Notes: generated from the letters alone by a model not told the origin. 64,000 bases of DNA from Candidatus Bipolaricaulia bacterium (GCA_042219045.1 JBDGQO010000049.1:24080-88079), one strand, 5' to 3'. Shown: positions 50,484 through 61,139, counted from the stretch's first letter. Made by a program: numbers and translations.

Positions 50484-51542
50484 TTGGCATCGAAGCGCAA
50501 TCGTCGTGTCGTGGTGACCCAGTACGGCGACCCGGACGTGCTCCAGGTCGTGACGTCGGAGACGCCGGAGCCCGCATGGGGCGAGGTTCGGATACGCGTG
50601 GAGGCGACCGGCCTCGCGTTCGCCGACATCCTCATGCGGGAAGGGCTTTATCCGGGCACGCCGAGTGTGCCCTTTGCGCCCGGCTACGACGTCGTCGGCG
50701 TTGTCGATCAACGGGGCGAGGGCGTGGCCGACTGGCAACCGGGCGATCGCGTCGCGGCACTGACGGTATTTGGCGGCTACGCCGACTATCTCACTTGGCC
50801 GGCGGCTGATCTCGTCCCGGTGCCCGATGGGCTGTCGGCCGGCGAAGCCGTGAGCCTGGTGCTCAACGGCACCACGGCCGATCAGATGCTCCATCGCGTG
50901 GCGTCCGTTCAACCGGGCGGGCGAATCCTCGTTCACGGTGCGGCCGGCGGCGTCGGAACCCTCATGCTCCAGTTGGCCCGCCTCGACGACATCACGGTTT
51001 ACGGCACGGCATCGACGCCCAAGCATGACCTGATCCGTGAGTTGGACGCGACGCCGATCGACTACCGCAGCCAGGACTTCGTCGAGCGGGTTCATAAGCT
51101 AACGAATGGTGAAGGCGTTGACGCCGCCTTTGACCCGATCGGAGGCGCGAACTGGCGTCGATCCTACCGGACGCTCAAGCGCGGCGGGCATCTCGTTACC
51201 TACGGCCTGTCCGCCGCGCTCCAGGCCCGCGGCCGGCAACGCCGGCTTGCGATGCTGACCAGCATGGCCCGCTTGGGATGGCTCAAGCTGCTTCCGGACG
51301 CGCGTCGGGTGAGCTTTTACAGCATCACGGGGCTGAAGGCGAAGCATCCGGCGTGGTTCCGGGATGACTTGCAGAATCTGTTCCAGCTGTGCGGCACCGG
51401 GAGGATTGCGCCGGTGATCGGCGAAAGCCTTCCCCTTGAAAGAGCAGGTTCGGGACATGACCTTTTGGAAAACGCCAGGGTAAGCGGCAAGATCGTCCTA
51501 CAAGGCTTGGAGAGTGCGTCAGATGACCCATCCGAACGATAG
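50484..51542 (+). CDS. MDR-family NADPH:quinone oxidoreductase-like protein
   Basis: PGYDVVG, HGAAGGVG, GKIVL. Confidence 0.88.
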   Translation: MASKRNRRVVVTQYGDPDVLQVVTSETPEPAWGEVRIRVEATGLAFADILMREGLYPGTPSVPFAPGYDVVGVVDQRGEGVADWQPGDRVAALTVFGGYADYLTWPAADLVPVPDGLSAGEAVSLVLNGTTADQMLHRVASVQPGGRILVHGAAGGVGTLMLQLARLDDITVYGTASTPKHDLIRELDATPIDYRSQDFVERVHKLTNGEGVDAAFDPIGGANWRRSYRTLKRGGHLVTYGLSAALQARGRQRRLAMLTSMARLGWLKLLPDARRVSFYSITGLKAKHPAWFRDDLQNLFQLCGTGRIAPVIGESLPLERAGSGHDLLENARVSGKIVLQGLESASDDPSER

Positions 51543-51563
51543 CGACAGGCGGTGCCAGAGGCG

Positions 51564-52853
51564 ATGACCCACGCGCACCGCGTCGTCATCGTCGGCGGCG
51601 GCTTCGGGGGATTGGAAGCCGCAAAAGCGCTCGGCAAGGCACCCGTCGAGGTGACGCTCATCGACCGGCGGAATTTCCACCTCTTCCAGCCGCTGTTGTA
51701 TCAGGTCGCCACGAGCGGGCTCTCCCCGGCCAACATCGCGCAGCCGCTGCGCGGGATTCTTAAGCGCTACCGGAATGTCGACGTCGTGCTGGGCGAGGTC
51801 GTCGACATTCGGGTGGACGAGGGCGCCGTCGTGCTGCGCGACGGCGCGACGATTGCCTACGACTCGTTGATCGTCTCGACCGGAGCGACGCATCACTACT
51901 TCGGCAACGACGCCTGGGCCGAGCACGCGCCCGGGCTCAAGACGATCGAGAACGCCACCGAGATCCGAAGTCGGATGCTGCGCGCCTTCGAAGCCGCCGA
52001 GCGCGAGGGCGATACCGAACGGGCCGAGGCCTGGCTCACGTTCGTCATCGTCGGGGCCGGGCCGACGGGCGTCGAATTGGCCGGGGCGCTGGCCGAGATC
52101 GCCAAGGACACCCTCCGTTACGACTTCCGGCACATCGACCCGACGCGCGCTCGAATCCTGCTCGTCGAGGGCGTCGATCGCGTGCTGCCTCCGTATCCGC
52201 CGGATCTGTCCCGGCGGGCCAGGGCGTCGCTGGAGAAGCTCGGGGTGGAGGTGCGCACCGGCACCATGGTCTCGGACATCCAGCCCGACTCGGCGACCTT
52301 GACCGTGGGCGATGCGTCGGAGCGGATAGCCACGCACACGGTCATCTGGGCGGCGGGCGTCAAGGCGTCGCCTTTGGGCCAAGTTCTCGCCGATCGGACC
52401 GGGGCTGACCAGGATCGGCCCGGCCGCATCGTCGTGGAACCCGACTGCACGGTGCCCGGCCATCCGGAGATCTTCGTCGTCGGCGACTTGGCGCATCACG
52501 CTCACGAGTCGGCCGAGCCGCTGCCGGGCGTTGCGCCGGTCGCCATTCAGCAGGGCCGCTTCGCCGCTCGGGCCATCCAAGCTCGCCTCATGGGTAAATC
52601 CGTCGGAACGTTCCGATATCTGGATCTCGGCAATATGGCCGTGATCGGCCGGCACGCGGGGGTAGCTGACATCCGAGGCCTCAAGCTGTCCGGCTATCTC
52701 GCCTGGCTGGCGTGGCTGTTCATTCACCTGATGAAACTGGTCGGGTTCCAGAACCGGGCCTTGGTGTTCATGCAATGGGCCTGGCGTTATCTGACACACA
52801 ACCGAACGGCCCGTTTGATCACGCACCGGTCGGGTGACCCTCGCTCGGATTGA
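51564..52853 (+). CDS. ndh: Type II NADH dehydrogenase
   Basis: GGGFGG, FQPLLYQVAT, GAGPTGVELAG, WAAGV, APVAIQQG. Confidence 0.9.
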   Translation: MTHAHRVVIVGGGFGGLEAAKALGKAPVEVTLIDRRNFHLFQPLLYQVATSGLSPANIAQPLRGILKRYRNVDVVLGEVVDIRVDEGAVVLRDGATIAYDSLIVSTGATHHYFGNDAWAEHAPGLKTIENATEIRSRMLRAFEAAEREGDTERAEAWLTFVIVGAGPTGVELAGALAEIAKDTLRYDFRHIDPTRARILLVEGVDRVLPPYPPDLSRRARASLEKLGVEVRTGTMVSDIQPDSATLTVGDASERIATHTVIWAAGVKASPLGQVLADRTGADQDRPGRIVVEPDCTVPGHPEIFVVGDLAHHAHESAEPLPGVAPVAIQQGRFAARAIQARLMGKSVGTFRYLDLGNMAVIGRHAGVADIRGLKLSGYLAWLAWLFIHLMKLVGFQNRALVFMQWAWRYLTHNRTARLITHRSGDPRSD

Positions 52854-52859
52854 CGCCAA

Positions 52860-53141
52860 TCATCGCTCCATGCCGATCGAAAACATCGCCTCCAGATCAT
52901 GGCGGGAAAACGCTCGGAACGCGATAAGCGTCTCCGTCTGCTCGATGCCCTCGATGTGGACCATCTGATTGGTGACGACCTCGGCGAGGTCGTCGTTCGT
53001 CTCCACACGGAGAATCGCGACGAGGTCGAAGCGCCCGCCGACCGAGTAGACTTCCGTGACTCCGTCGATCTCCACGAGCTGCTCCGCGACGTTGTTGACG
53101 TCCTGCGGCTCGACGTTCATCAACACGATGGACGTGACCAT
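52860..53141 (-). CDS. Stand-alone Lrp/AsnC ligand-binding domain protein
   Basis: GVTEVYSV.GRFDL, TETLIAF. Confidence 0.85.
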   Translation of the reverse strand: MVTSIVLMNVEPQDVNNVAEQLVEIDGVTEVYSVGGRFDLVAILRVETNDDLAEVVTNQMVHIEGIEQTETLIAFRAFSRHDLEAMFSIGMER

Positions 53142-53169
53142 GCTGGCACCTCCCAGTGATCATTGTGCG

Positions 53170-54087
53170 TCATTGGTTGATCAAGACCAAAGCCAGAATC
53201 GTCAGACCAACAGCCGCCTTCTCCAGACGGTTGAGTCGTTCGCCGAAGACCGTGACGCCGACGAGGTTGATGACGAGGATCGTGCCCGCGCCAAACGCGG
53301 GAAACGCCACGGCCGCCGGGACCGTCTCCAGGGCGCGGATGAGGAAGAACGAGGAGAACAGATTGGGCACGCCGACCATCAGCCCCGTCAGCAGGTCGCG
53401 ACGCTGAGTGGCGCGTGAGCTTCGTAACGTAGTGACGAGGCTGTAGCCGAACGCCGAGGCGAACGTGACGAGCAAGAAGAGGGACTGATGCTCGAGCCAG
53501 CCGTACTTTTGAAAAACCTTGTTGCTGAATTCGGCGATTCCCCCGAAGAGAAACAAGAGAACCAAGCTCAACCGAATGGCTCGACCGGCGTTCAGCTCTG
53601 AGGGCCAATGGACGATGACGATCGAGAGCAACGCCAGCGCAATGCCGATCCATTGAATGGTCGTCGGAAATTCCTGCCAGAGCACGAGCGATAGCGACAT
53701 CGGAACGAGGATTCCCAGCTTGATAAACGCGCCTGCGAGACCGACGCCCTGCTCGCGGATGCTCTTCTGGTAGTAGATGAACGCCAGAAAGAAGAACGCG
53801 CCGGCGCCCAGCCCGACGATGACGGCCCACAGCGCGCTGGAGGCCACGGGCAGTTTGTCGCCCGTGAGGACGAAGACGGACCGCAACTCCGCCAGCGACG
53901 CGCCGAGGGAAAAGCCGCCGTCGGGCATGGTCAGGCCGGTAATCCCCAAGAGCCCAGCACTCAACGCGGCGGCCATGAGATAGTTGGCCGTGGTGACCGC
54001 GTAGCGGTTCATGCCGGCTGTCTCGCTGTGCTTGAAGATGAGCGCAATGGAAGAACTGCAGACAATGGCCAGGGCGAGATAAATCAT
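53170..54087 (-). CDS. DMT/EamA-like transporter
   Basis: 10 TM, GVPNLFSS, FGERL. Confidence 0.8.
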   Translation of the reverse strand: MIYLALAIVCSSSIALIFKHSETAGMNRYAVTTANYLMAAALSAGLLGITGLTMPDGGFSLGASLAELRSVFVLTGDKLPVASSALWAVIVGLGAGAFFFLAFIYYQKSIREQGVGLAGAFIKLGILVPMSLSLVLWQEFPTTIQWIGIALALLSIVIVHWPSELNAGRAIRLSLVLLFLFGGIAEFSNKVFQKYGWLEHQSLFLLVTFASAFGYSLVTTLRSSRATQRRDLLTGLMVGVPNLFSSFFLIRALETVPAAVAFPAFGAGTILVINLVGVTVFGERLNRLEKAAVGLTILALVLINQ

Positions 54088-54180
54088 CGTGTCAGCGCAG
54101 ATCGAGTGCGATGGGCGGCAAGCCGATGGTGCGCTATGCTAAGGTGGCACGCCGACAAGCAAGGAGCAACCTCGACTCGC

Positions 54181-54387
54181 ATGAAGCGCGGACGACACTT
54201 CTGGGGGCGCGTATTGGTGTTGATCGGCGTTGCAGCTTGGGTCCCCTACGCTATTCAGGCGTACGGGCTCGGCCACGAGGTCGCCATGCAGCCCTATCTA
54301 GCGGCCCACCTCGTTGGCGTTATTCCCGGCTCCTTGCTGTTGCACGGGGATAAACTCCTCCGACTTATCGGCTCCGACGAGAGCTAG
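54181..54387 (+). CDS. Small membrane protein
   Basis: Two TM, YLAAHLVGVIPG. Confidence 0.55.
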   Translation: MKRGRHFWGRVLVLIGVAAWVPYAIQAYGLGHEVAMQPYLAAHLVGVIPGSLLLHGDKLLRLIGSDES

Positions 54388-54415
54388 TCGCGTCGGGCGC
54401 GTCGTCTCGTTACGG

Positions 54416-54640
54416 CTACGCGGCGCTCTGTTCCTCGTCGAGCGTAAAGCCGATGCGGACGCGGACTTGCCAATAACTGACCCGTTGATCGTCGATGTAG
54501 CCGCGGGTCTCGAGCACTTCGAACCACCGGAGGTTGCGCAGGGTCTCGGCCGCGCGCGCAACGGCGTTCTCCACGGCGCCTTCCATGGAGTCCGATGACG
54601 ACCCCACGAGCTCGATCGTCTTGTAGACGTGATCCGGCAT
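54416..54640 (-). CDS. Dodecin flavin-binding protein
   Basis: [27 protein letters not shown]. Confidence 0.93.
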   Translation of the reverse strand: MPDHVYKTIELVGSSSDSMEGAVENAVARAAETLRNLRWFEVLETRGYIDDQRVSYWQVRVRIGFTLDEEQSAA

Positions 54641-54768
54641 AGATGTCCTCCTTATCGACGAAATAGCTTAGTCCCTCCAGCGTAGCTGACTGGCTCGAAT
54701 GGAGGCAATCGCCGCGATGAACCCATAGCTGGCCTCAAACGTCCCCACCACGCGATTGTCGAGCATGC

Positions 54769-54859
54769 TACAGACCACCGCACAAGTCGAGCCAACCTAC
54801 GGTCGCAACGTTGGCCCCGCTGGGCAACTGACTTGACTGGACTTTCGCGGTGATCAGTA
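54769..54859 (+). mobile_element. MITE-like element copy 3 (91 bp)
   Basis: TACAGACCACCGCACAAGTCGAGCCAA...TTGACTGGACTTTCGCGGTGATCAGTA; 2 bp shorter internally. Confidence 0.8.
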
Positions 54860-55051
54860 AGTGGCTATCGTTGGTCAGCGAGGGAGTCTATGAACCAGAC
54901 GAACATTGAGCGTGCGACTGACGCCGTATCGGGTTTGGATCTGAGCAGCAACACAACGTCACGGTCATCGGCACTTCTTTGACGCGAGCCGTAGACGTGC
55001 ACGAATCAAGGTGCTAATATCTTGACAGTTCTTGCGAATAAAGGGGGCTTT

Positions 55052-55369
55052 ATGGGTTACCTCAAGTCGTCAGTGGGAGGGATCGGGAGCGGCCTCGTGG
55101 CCGCTGTGGCTCTTGGCCTGCTCTTCTATCTCACCGTCGTCAGTGGAGATGGCATGAATACCGCCAGAAATACGATGTTAGCCATCGTGCTCGTCATCGG
55201 CTTTCTCGCGGGCGTCGGTGCCCATAGCGTGATCGCCAAGATCCGCGCGATGCCGCCATCCGGTAGCGAGACGGGCGGCACCAATGCGCCGAAATACGAC
55301 GACAGCGGCTATCCGCCGAAAAACGCGGATATCATGGGCGGCGGCATGGGGGATGCGGATGACGGATGA
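55052..55369 (+). CDS. Small two-TM hypothetical protein
   Basis: AGGGGG SD, two hydrophobic helices. Confidence 0.55.
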   Translation: MGYLKSSVGGIGSGLVAAVALGLLFYLTVVSGDGMNTARNTMLAIVLVIGFLAGVGAHSVIAKIRAMPPSGSETGGTNAPKYDDSGYPPKNADIMGGGMGDADDG

Positions 55370-55943
55370 CGCACGTGGGACCGACCAAGAGAACCCAGCC
55401 GACGGTCAGACCGAGCTCGCGGTCTCGACCGCCAGAGCGCAACTCGTGAGCTTGCCGATTGCCGCCGTCCTCATGTTGCTGATCACGATCCCTTATGGGG
55501 CGATCCATGGCCCCGAGCAGGTCGGTCAAATCGGCCGTTTCTTCAGCAACTGGTCGTGGATCCCGACCTTGTTGGGCGGGATCATCGTGCATGAACTCCT
55601 GCATGGCCTCACCTGGGCTTGGGCCAGCAACCACAGCATGGCGAGCGTCACGATGGGGGTCCAGTGGAAATCCTTGACGCCGTATGCCCACATCTCCAGG
55701 CCCATTCCGGCTCATGCGTACCGCTTGGGCGCCGCGATGCCCCTGATCGTCCTGGGCCTGTTGCCGTATCTTGCAAGCCTTGTCCTAGTGGACGGCTGGC
55801 TGCTGGGATTTTCGCTGGTTTTCACCATAGCCGCCGCTGGGGACGTTTTGATTCTCGGATTGATCCGGCACGTCGATTCCGACCACTGGGTGAAGGACCA
55901 TCCCACCAAGGCTGGCATTATGGGCGTGCAGTCAGATCATTGA
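55359..55943 (+). CDS. DUF3267-family putative membrane zinc peptidase
   Basis: IVHELLHG, PYAH, AAGD, DHP...G. Confidence 0.85.
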   Translation: MTDDARGTDQENPADGQTELAVSTARAQLVSLPIAAVLMLLITIPYGAIHGPEQVGQIGRFFSNWSWIPTLLGGIIVHELLHGLTWAWASNHSMASVTMGVQWKSLTPYAHISRPIPAHAYRLGAAMPLIVLGLLPYLASLVLVDGWLLGFSLVFTIAAAGDVLILGLIRHVDSDHWVKDHPTKAGIMGVQSDH

Positions 55944-55987
55944 CGGGCTGGCATCGAGCCGGACCGGATATGGACAAGCGGGCGTCG

Positions 55988-56197
55988 TTACGCCAGCGGG
56001 CCGGGTTCGGGCAAATCCTCCACGGGCGTGTCGACATGGCGATCTCCCTCCTCGACGAGCATGACCGGGATGTCGTCTCGGATGGGATACTTGCGCCCGC
56101 ACTCCCCGCAGACGAGCCACTGGTCGCGGACCAGCTCAACAGGGGTCTTGCAGGACGGGCAGGCCAATATATCCAGCAGTTCGTCGTTGATCGCCAT
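55988..56197 (-). CDS. Trm112-family protein
   Basis: LLDILACP.CK...C..C..YPIRDDIPVML. Confidence 0.92.
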   Translation of the reverse strand: MAINDELLDILACPSCKTPVELVRDQWLVCGECGRKYPIRDDIPVMLVEEGDRHVDTPVEDLPEPGPLA

Positions 56198-56218
56198 ATC
56201 GGTGCCTCCTCCAGCTCT

Positions 56219-57313
56219 TTATACCGCGTCGGATTCGGAGGCGACAACGTAGATCCGCGCTGAGGCTTCCGGAACCGTGAGCTCGAGCTCGTGCCCCTCC
56301 GCCGACATCCACGATGCGTCGGGATCCGGAAGCTTGACGAGCCAGCGTTGGTCGGCGGCTTCCACGTGGAGCACCAGCGCGTCGCCGACGAACTCCCGCG
56401 CACGCACGACGCCGGGCAGTCGATTGGGTCCCTCGTCGTTGATGCCGAGGTGCTCCGGCCGGATCAGCACGCAGACCGCTTGTCCGATGTCCATTGACGT
56501 GAATGCCTCGGTCTCCACTCGCATGGACCGTTTGTCGCTCAGTTGGACCACGACGGAGGCCTCATCGACCTCGGCGATCCGTCCGCGGATCAGGTTACCG
56601 CGTCCGATGAAGTCCGCCACGAACGGCGTAACGGGATCGTGATAGAGCGCCCACGGCGAGGCCATTTGCGCTATCTGGCCCGCGTTCATGACCGCCATCC
56701 GATCGGCAATGGCCAGCGCTTCCTCTTGATCATGGGTCACGTAGACGGTCGTGACGCCCAACTCGCGCTGGATGCGGCGAATTTCCAAGCGGAGCCGATC
56801 TCGCAGTTGGACGTCGAGCGCGCTGAGAGGCTCGTCCAAGAGGAGAATCCTCGGATTCGGGGCCAGCGCCCGCGCCAGCGCCACGCGCTGTTGCTGCCCG
56901 GCGGAGAGCTCGTCGGGCCGTCTGGTCTCGTAGCCCGGCAAGTCCAGAAGCTCCAACAGCTCTTGGACGCGATCCCCCTTGTTGACCCGCTGGTCGGCGA
57001 ACTTGAGACCGTAGCCGACGTTGTCGAAGACGCTCATGTGCGGAAAGAGCGCGTAGTTTTGGAACACGATGCCGACATTGCGCGCCTCCGGCGGCACGCC
57101 GAGCACGCTGCGGGATCCGAGTCGAATCTCGCCCGCATCCGGCCGATCGAAGCCGGCAATCAGGCGCAGCAGCGTCGTCTTGCCGCAACCCGACGGCCCC
57201 ACGAGCACGAGCAGCTCGCCCTCGTCGACGCCCAGCGACACCCCGTCCACGGCGCGGACCTCGCCAAAGGTTTTGCGAAGATCGGTCAGTTGGATCGCGC
57301 TTGCGTCGCTCAT
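56219..57313 (-). CDS. ABC ATPase of the thiamine transporter (ThiQ-like)
   Basis: GPSGCGKTT, FQNYALFPH, LSAGQQQR, TOBE domain. Confidence 0.85.
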   Translation of the reverse strand: MSDASAIQLTDLRKTFGEVRAVDGVSLGVDEGELLVLVGPSGCGKTTLLRLIAGFDRPDAGEIRLGSRSVLGVPPEARNVGIVFQNYALFPHMSVFDNVGYGLKFADQRVNKGDRVQELLELLDLPGYETRRPDELSAGQQQRVALARALAPNPRILLLDEPLSALDVQLRDRLRLEIRRIQRELGVTTVYVTHDQEEALAIADRMAVMNAGQIAQMASPWALYHDPVTPFVADFIGRGNLIRGRIAEVDEASVVVQLSDKRSMRVETEAFTSMDIGQAVCVLIRPEHLGINDEGPNRLPGVVRAREFVGDALVLHVEAADQRWLVKLPDPDASWMSAEGHELELTVPEASARIYVVASESDAV

Positions 57314-58992
57314 AGGTCGCGAAACGTCCGGTCGCCAAATCGATCGATCAGGACAAACGCCAGCGTCAACACGGCCATCATGATAACGCTCATCGCGCTG
57401 GCGGCGCTGAACTCGCGCGCTGCCAGCAGGTGATACACGGCCACGGGCATCGTGAGCAAGCCCGGCTCGGCCAGCATGAGCGTCGCGCTCGTCTCCGCGA
57501 TGCTGATGGCGAAGGCGAACGCCGCGCCCGTCAGGAGGCTGCCCTGGATGAGCGGCAACCGCACGTCCCGTGTTGCTCGCCACGGGGAGGCGCCGAGCGA
57601 GCGGGCAGCGTCGGTCAGGTTGCCCTCAAGACGCTCCAGCGCCGGCCGTACCACGCGGATGACGAACGGGATCGCCAAAGCCGAGTGGGCGACCACGACG
57701 ACGATCCAGGTGCCGCTGATCTCAAGCGGCGGCTGGTTGAAGACCCGCAGCAGGGCCAGGCCGAGCGCCACCGACGAGATCGCCAACGGCGCCATGGCCA
57801 CCGTTTCGAGCGGAGCCCGCCCGCGCAGGCGTCGCTGCGCCAGCATCGTCGCCAGCAGGGTCCCACACACGAGCGCGATCGCCATGGTCGCGCCGGCGAA
57901 GCTGAAGCTGTTGATTACGGACTGTAAGGGTGAAGCCCCGATCAGCGAGGAGAACCCCTGAGCGAAGACTTCGCGATAGCCGTCCAAGCTGACGACGACG
58001 GTGTTCTGCCAGGGTTTGCTGACCGAGTCGACGACCACGGCCAGCATGGGCCCGAGGAACAGCAAAATGCTGAGCGCGAGGAAGCCGTACAGCCCCGCGC
58101 GACGAAGCAGCGTCCAGCCCCCGACAAACAGCGGTTTTCTCCGTCGGGGTGCCTCCAGTCGGACTTGCCGCGCGTAGCGGCGCTCGATGGCGAGATACCC
58201 CACGGTGAACAGCAAGGCGATCAGCAGTTCCAGCGTCGCCAGCGTCGCGGCCTCGGCGTAGTTGATCTGTACGATGGCTTGGCGATAGATCTCGACCTCG
58301 AGGGTGCTGAACCTCGCGCCGCCGAGGGCCAAGACGATGGGAAAGCTCAAAAAGGAGTAGATAAACGCGAGCGTGGCGCCGCTGACGATCGAGGGCGCGA
58401 GCATGGGCAATGTGACGTTGACGAACGCGCGTCGCGGCGAGGCGCCGAGCGCGCGGGCGCTCTCCTCGTAGCTTGGCGAGAGCCGTTCCCAAGCCGCGGC
58501 CGTGAAGCGGGTCACGATGGGCGCGTTGTAGAACGCATGCGCCAGGACGATGCCGACGAGCGAATAGAGAATGCTCAAGGGTGGGTTCTCTAGGTTGAAC
58601 AGCGACATCAGGGTTTCGTTCAGGATTCCGGCGTTGCCGAAGACGAGCACGAAGCCCAACGCCACCGTAATGGGCGGAAGCGTAAACGGCACGATGGTCA
58701 ATGAGCGGATGAGCCGCTGGCCGGGGAAGCGGTAGGTAGCGAGGACGTAGGCCAGCGGCAGCCCGATCGCGACGCTGGCGAGGGTGCTGAGCAACGCCTG
58801 CACGACGGTGAAGCGCGCCACGCCCTGGATGTAGGGATCGCTCACGAGCTCCCCGACCCGAGCCAATCCGTCGGGACTGCCGAGCCCGCGCAGGATCAAC
58901 CCGCCGAGCGGGACGTAGAAGAAAATGCCGAGAAAGAGCAACGGCAGGGCGAGCACGCCCGCCCTGCCGAGGGTCGACCACAATCGAGACAT
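57310..58992 (-). CDS. thiP: Thiamine ABC transporter permease
   Basis: FTVVQALLST, LAHAFYN.P, duplicated EAA loops. Confidence 0.82.
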   Translation of the reverse strand: MSRLWSTLGRAGVLALPLLFLGIFFYVPLGGLILRGLGSPDGLARVGELVSDPYIQGVARFTVVQALLSTLASVAIGLPLAYVLATYRFPGQRLIRSLTIVPFTLPPITVALGFVLVFGNAGILNETLMSLFNLENPPLSILYSLVGIVLAHAFYNAPIVTRFTAAAWERLSPSYEESARALGASPRRAFVNVTLPMLAPSIVSGATLAFIYSFLSFPIVLALGGARFSTLEVEIYRQAIVQINYAEAATLATLELLIALLFTVGYLAIERRYARQVRLEAPRRRKPLFVGGWTLLRRAGLYGFLALSILLFLGPMLAVVVDSVSKPWQNTVVVSLDGYREVFAQGFSSLIGASPLQSVINSFSFAGATMAIALVCGTLLATMLAQRRLRGRAPLETVAMAPLAISSVALGLALLRVFNQPPLEISGTWIVVVVAHSALAIPFVIRVVRPALERLEGNLTDAARSLGASPWRATRDVRLPLIQGSLLTGAAFAFAISIAETSATLMLAEPGLLTMPVAVYHLLAAREFSAASAMSVIMMAVLTLAFVLIDRFGDRTFRDL

Positions 58993-59006
58993 CGAGGGAT
59001 GCCGTG

Positions 59007-60065
59007 CTATTGCAGGGCCTCACGCACCCAGCGGTCGACCCAATCGTCGAGGTTGGCTGTGACCCGTTCACTTGGCAGTCTCACGGGATCTTCCGGAGTG
59101 ACCACGTTCTGCCACCAGACGTTGCGCACGCGGGCGTTGTTGCTGGCCGGGATCATCCATTCGGTCTCGGCCAGCTCGCTCTGAACGTCGGCGGAAAGCA
59201 TGACGTTCAAGAACTGTCGGGCCAGATCCGGCTGATCCGTGCCGCGCACAACGCCCATGCCGAAGATGGTGCGATAGGCTTGGTTCTCCAGCGTCAGCAC
59301 GCGGAGGTTGTCGCTGTCGTTGACGATGACGTCGAAGGCGTGGTCGGTGGAGAAGCTGACCATCATGGGCGCCTCGCCGTCGGTGAACAGCTGGAATGCC
59401 TGGCTCCAGCCTTGGGTGATCGTCAAGACGTTGGGCATCAGCTTTTGCCAGTAGTCGATGTAGCCGTCCTCGCCCTTTTGGGCGATCGTCCAGAGCAGGA
59501 ACGACAACCCCGGACTCGAGGTACGGGGATCCTGCACGATGAGCGAGTCGCGGTAGCGCTCGCTCAGCAGCTCCTCGAACGTGCGCGGGACATCGCTGGG
59601 GTCGATCTGCTCCGTGTCGTAGACGAGCGTAATGAAGCCGTGCTCGTAGGGAATCAGACGGTTGGCGGGATCGAACTGGATGTCGGCCGGCACGTTCTTC
59701 AGATTCGGGACGTCTTCGGTAGAGAGTTGTTGAAAAACGTCGTTCTCGCGGGCGGTGCCGAGGTCGTTGACCTCCACGCCCACGAACGCGTCGGCGTTGG
59801 TACCGCCGGACTCGCGCTCCGAGATCAGCTTGGACAGCATGGTGCGACTGTCGGCGGTCGCGACGAAGCGGACGTCGCGGCCCGTCTCTTCCTTGAACTT
59901 AGTGGAGACCACATCCGCGGCGCCGAAGGAGACGAAGCTGTCGTAGGTGTAGACCGCGAGCGGATCGTCACTTTGGGCACTGGATACGGTCGGCTGGCCA
60001 ACCAACAGACCAACCAGACCGAGCACCAGCGCGAGCGCCGTCCATCGTCGAGTCATAAGTCTCAT
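59007..60065 (-). CDS. thiB: Thiamine ABC transporter substrate-binding protein
   Basis: VYTYDSF, DPRTSSPG, GWS.A..LF..GEAPM.VSFSTD. Confidence 0.9.
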   Translation of the reverse strand: MRLMTRRWTALALVLGLVGLLVGQPTVSSAQSDDPLAVYTYDSFVSFGAADVVSTKFKEETGRDVRFVATADSRTMLSKLISERESGGTNADAFVGVEVNDLGTARENDVFQQLSTEDVPNLKNVPADIQFDPANRLIPYEHGFITLVYDTEQIDPSDVPRTFEELLSERYRDSLIVQDPRTSSPGLSFLLWTIAQKGEDGYIDYWQKLMPNVLTITQGWSQAFQLFTDGEAPMMVSFSTDHAFDVIVNDSDNLRVLTLENQAYRTIFGMGVVRGTDQPDLARQFLNVMLSADVQSELAETEWMIPASNNARVRNVWWQNVVTPEDPVRLPSERVTANLDDWVDRWVREALQ

Positions 60066-60086
60066 CCCTCCTGGGAACGCTTGGGC

Positions 60087-61139
60087 TTAGCGCCAACCGC
60101 GCTCGACGGCCTTCTGATACGCCCGCCAGTACGGATCGTCGGTGGGGGGCGTCCAGGGGCGTTCGTGGCCGTCGGCGATCAGCGTGAACGCCGTCTCGCG
60201 GGTGAGCTCGCCGACATCAGCAGCGGGGATTCCGTCGTCTCCCAGCGCGTCCACGACCGCCTCGGCTTGGGCGGGCCGTGCGGCAACGAGCAACGACCCC
60301 TCGCTGAGGCCGACCGTCGGGTCGATCCCGAACAGCTCCGCGATCTCGGCCGTCTCCTTGGCGATGGGAACCCGCTCGAGCTCGACGCGGGCGCCCAGCT
60401 CGGCGGCCGTGGCGAGCTCATAGAGCGCACCGAGGACGCCGCCCTCGGTGGCGTCGTGCAGGGCGGACACGCCCTCGCCGCGACGTCCCACCGACAGCGC
60501 CGCTTGCGCGTCGGCCCTGACCGAATAGTGACCCAGCAGGTCTTGGGCCGTCGACCGGAACGGCTTGCCGAACGCCGTGCGGATCGTCTCCGGGAACGCC
60601 CGCGCCAACAGCCCCGTCGTGGCGATCATGGCGCCCTTGGTGACGATGAGGCGATCGCCGGGTTGGGCGAAGCGCGGCTCCAGGTATTGATCGTCGGCAC
60701 CGATGCCGATGATCGTCCCGCCGCCGATGACGGTGCCGTGGCTCTCGCCGTAGCGGCCCGTATGGCCCGCCACGATGGCGATCCCGAGCCGCTCGCACTC
60801 GGCGTGCAACGCCTTCCAGTAGGCGTCGAACGTCGCGTCGTCGACCTCCGGCGGCAGGTTCAGATCCACGGAGGCGTAAGCTGGCTCCAGTCCCGACGTC
60901 ACCAGGTCGTTGACGATCAGGTGAAGCGAGGTCCAGGCCGAATCCTCGGGACCGAGGCCGGGAATGAACGAGAGCGGATCGGTGGTGACCGCCATGACCT
61001 GCCCGTGGCCGAGCGAGACGATGGCCGTGTCGCGGCCCGTCGCCGGGCCCACCTTGACCTCGTCTCGCTCGGCGCCCAGATGAGGCCGGATGACGGCCTC
61101 GAACGCCGTCGCTGCAATCTTGCCGAGCCGATCGCTCAT
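60087..61139 (-). CDS. AIR-synthase-related (PurM/ThiL/HypE-fold) protein
   Basis: TTDP, VNDL, GHT, LHDATEGGVLG, SEGSLL. Confidence 0.88.
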   Translation of the reverse strand: MSDRLGKIAATAFEAVIRPHLGAERDEVKVGPATGRDTAIVSLGHGQVMAVTTDPLSFIPGLGPEDSAWTSLHLIVNDLVTSGLEPAYASVDLNLPPEVDDATFDAYWKALHAECERLGIAIVAGHTGRYGESHGTVIGGGTIIGIGADDQYLEPRFAQPGDRLIVTKGAMIATTGLLARAFPETIRTAFGKPFRSTAQDLLGHYSVRADAQAALSVGRRGEGVSALHDATEGGVLGALYELATAAELGARVELERVPIAKETAEIAELFGIDPTVGLSEGSLLVAARPAQAEAVVDALGDDGIPAADVGELTRETAFTLIADGHERPWTPPTDDPYWRAYQKAVERGWR

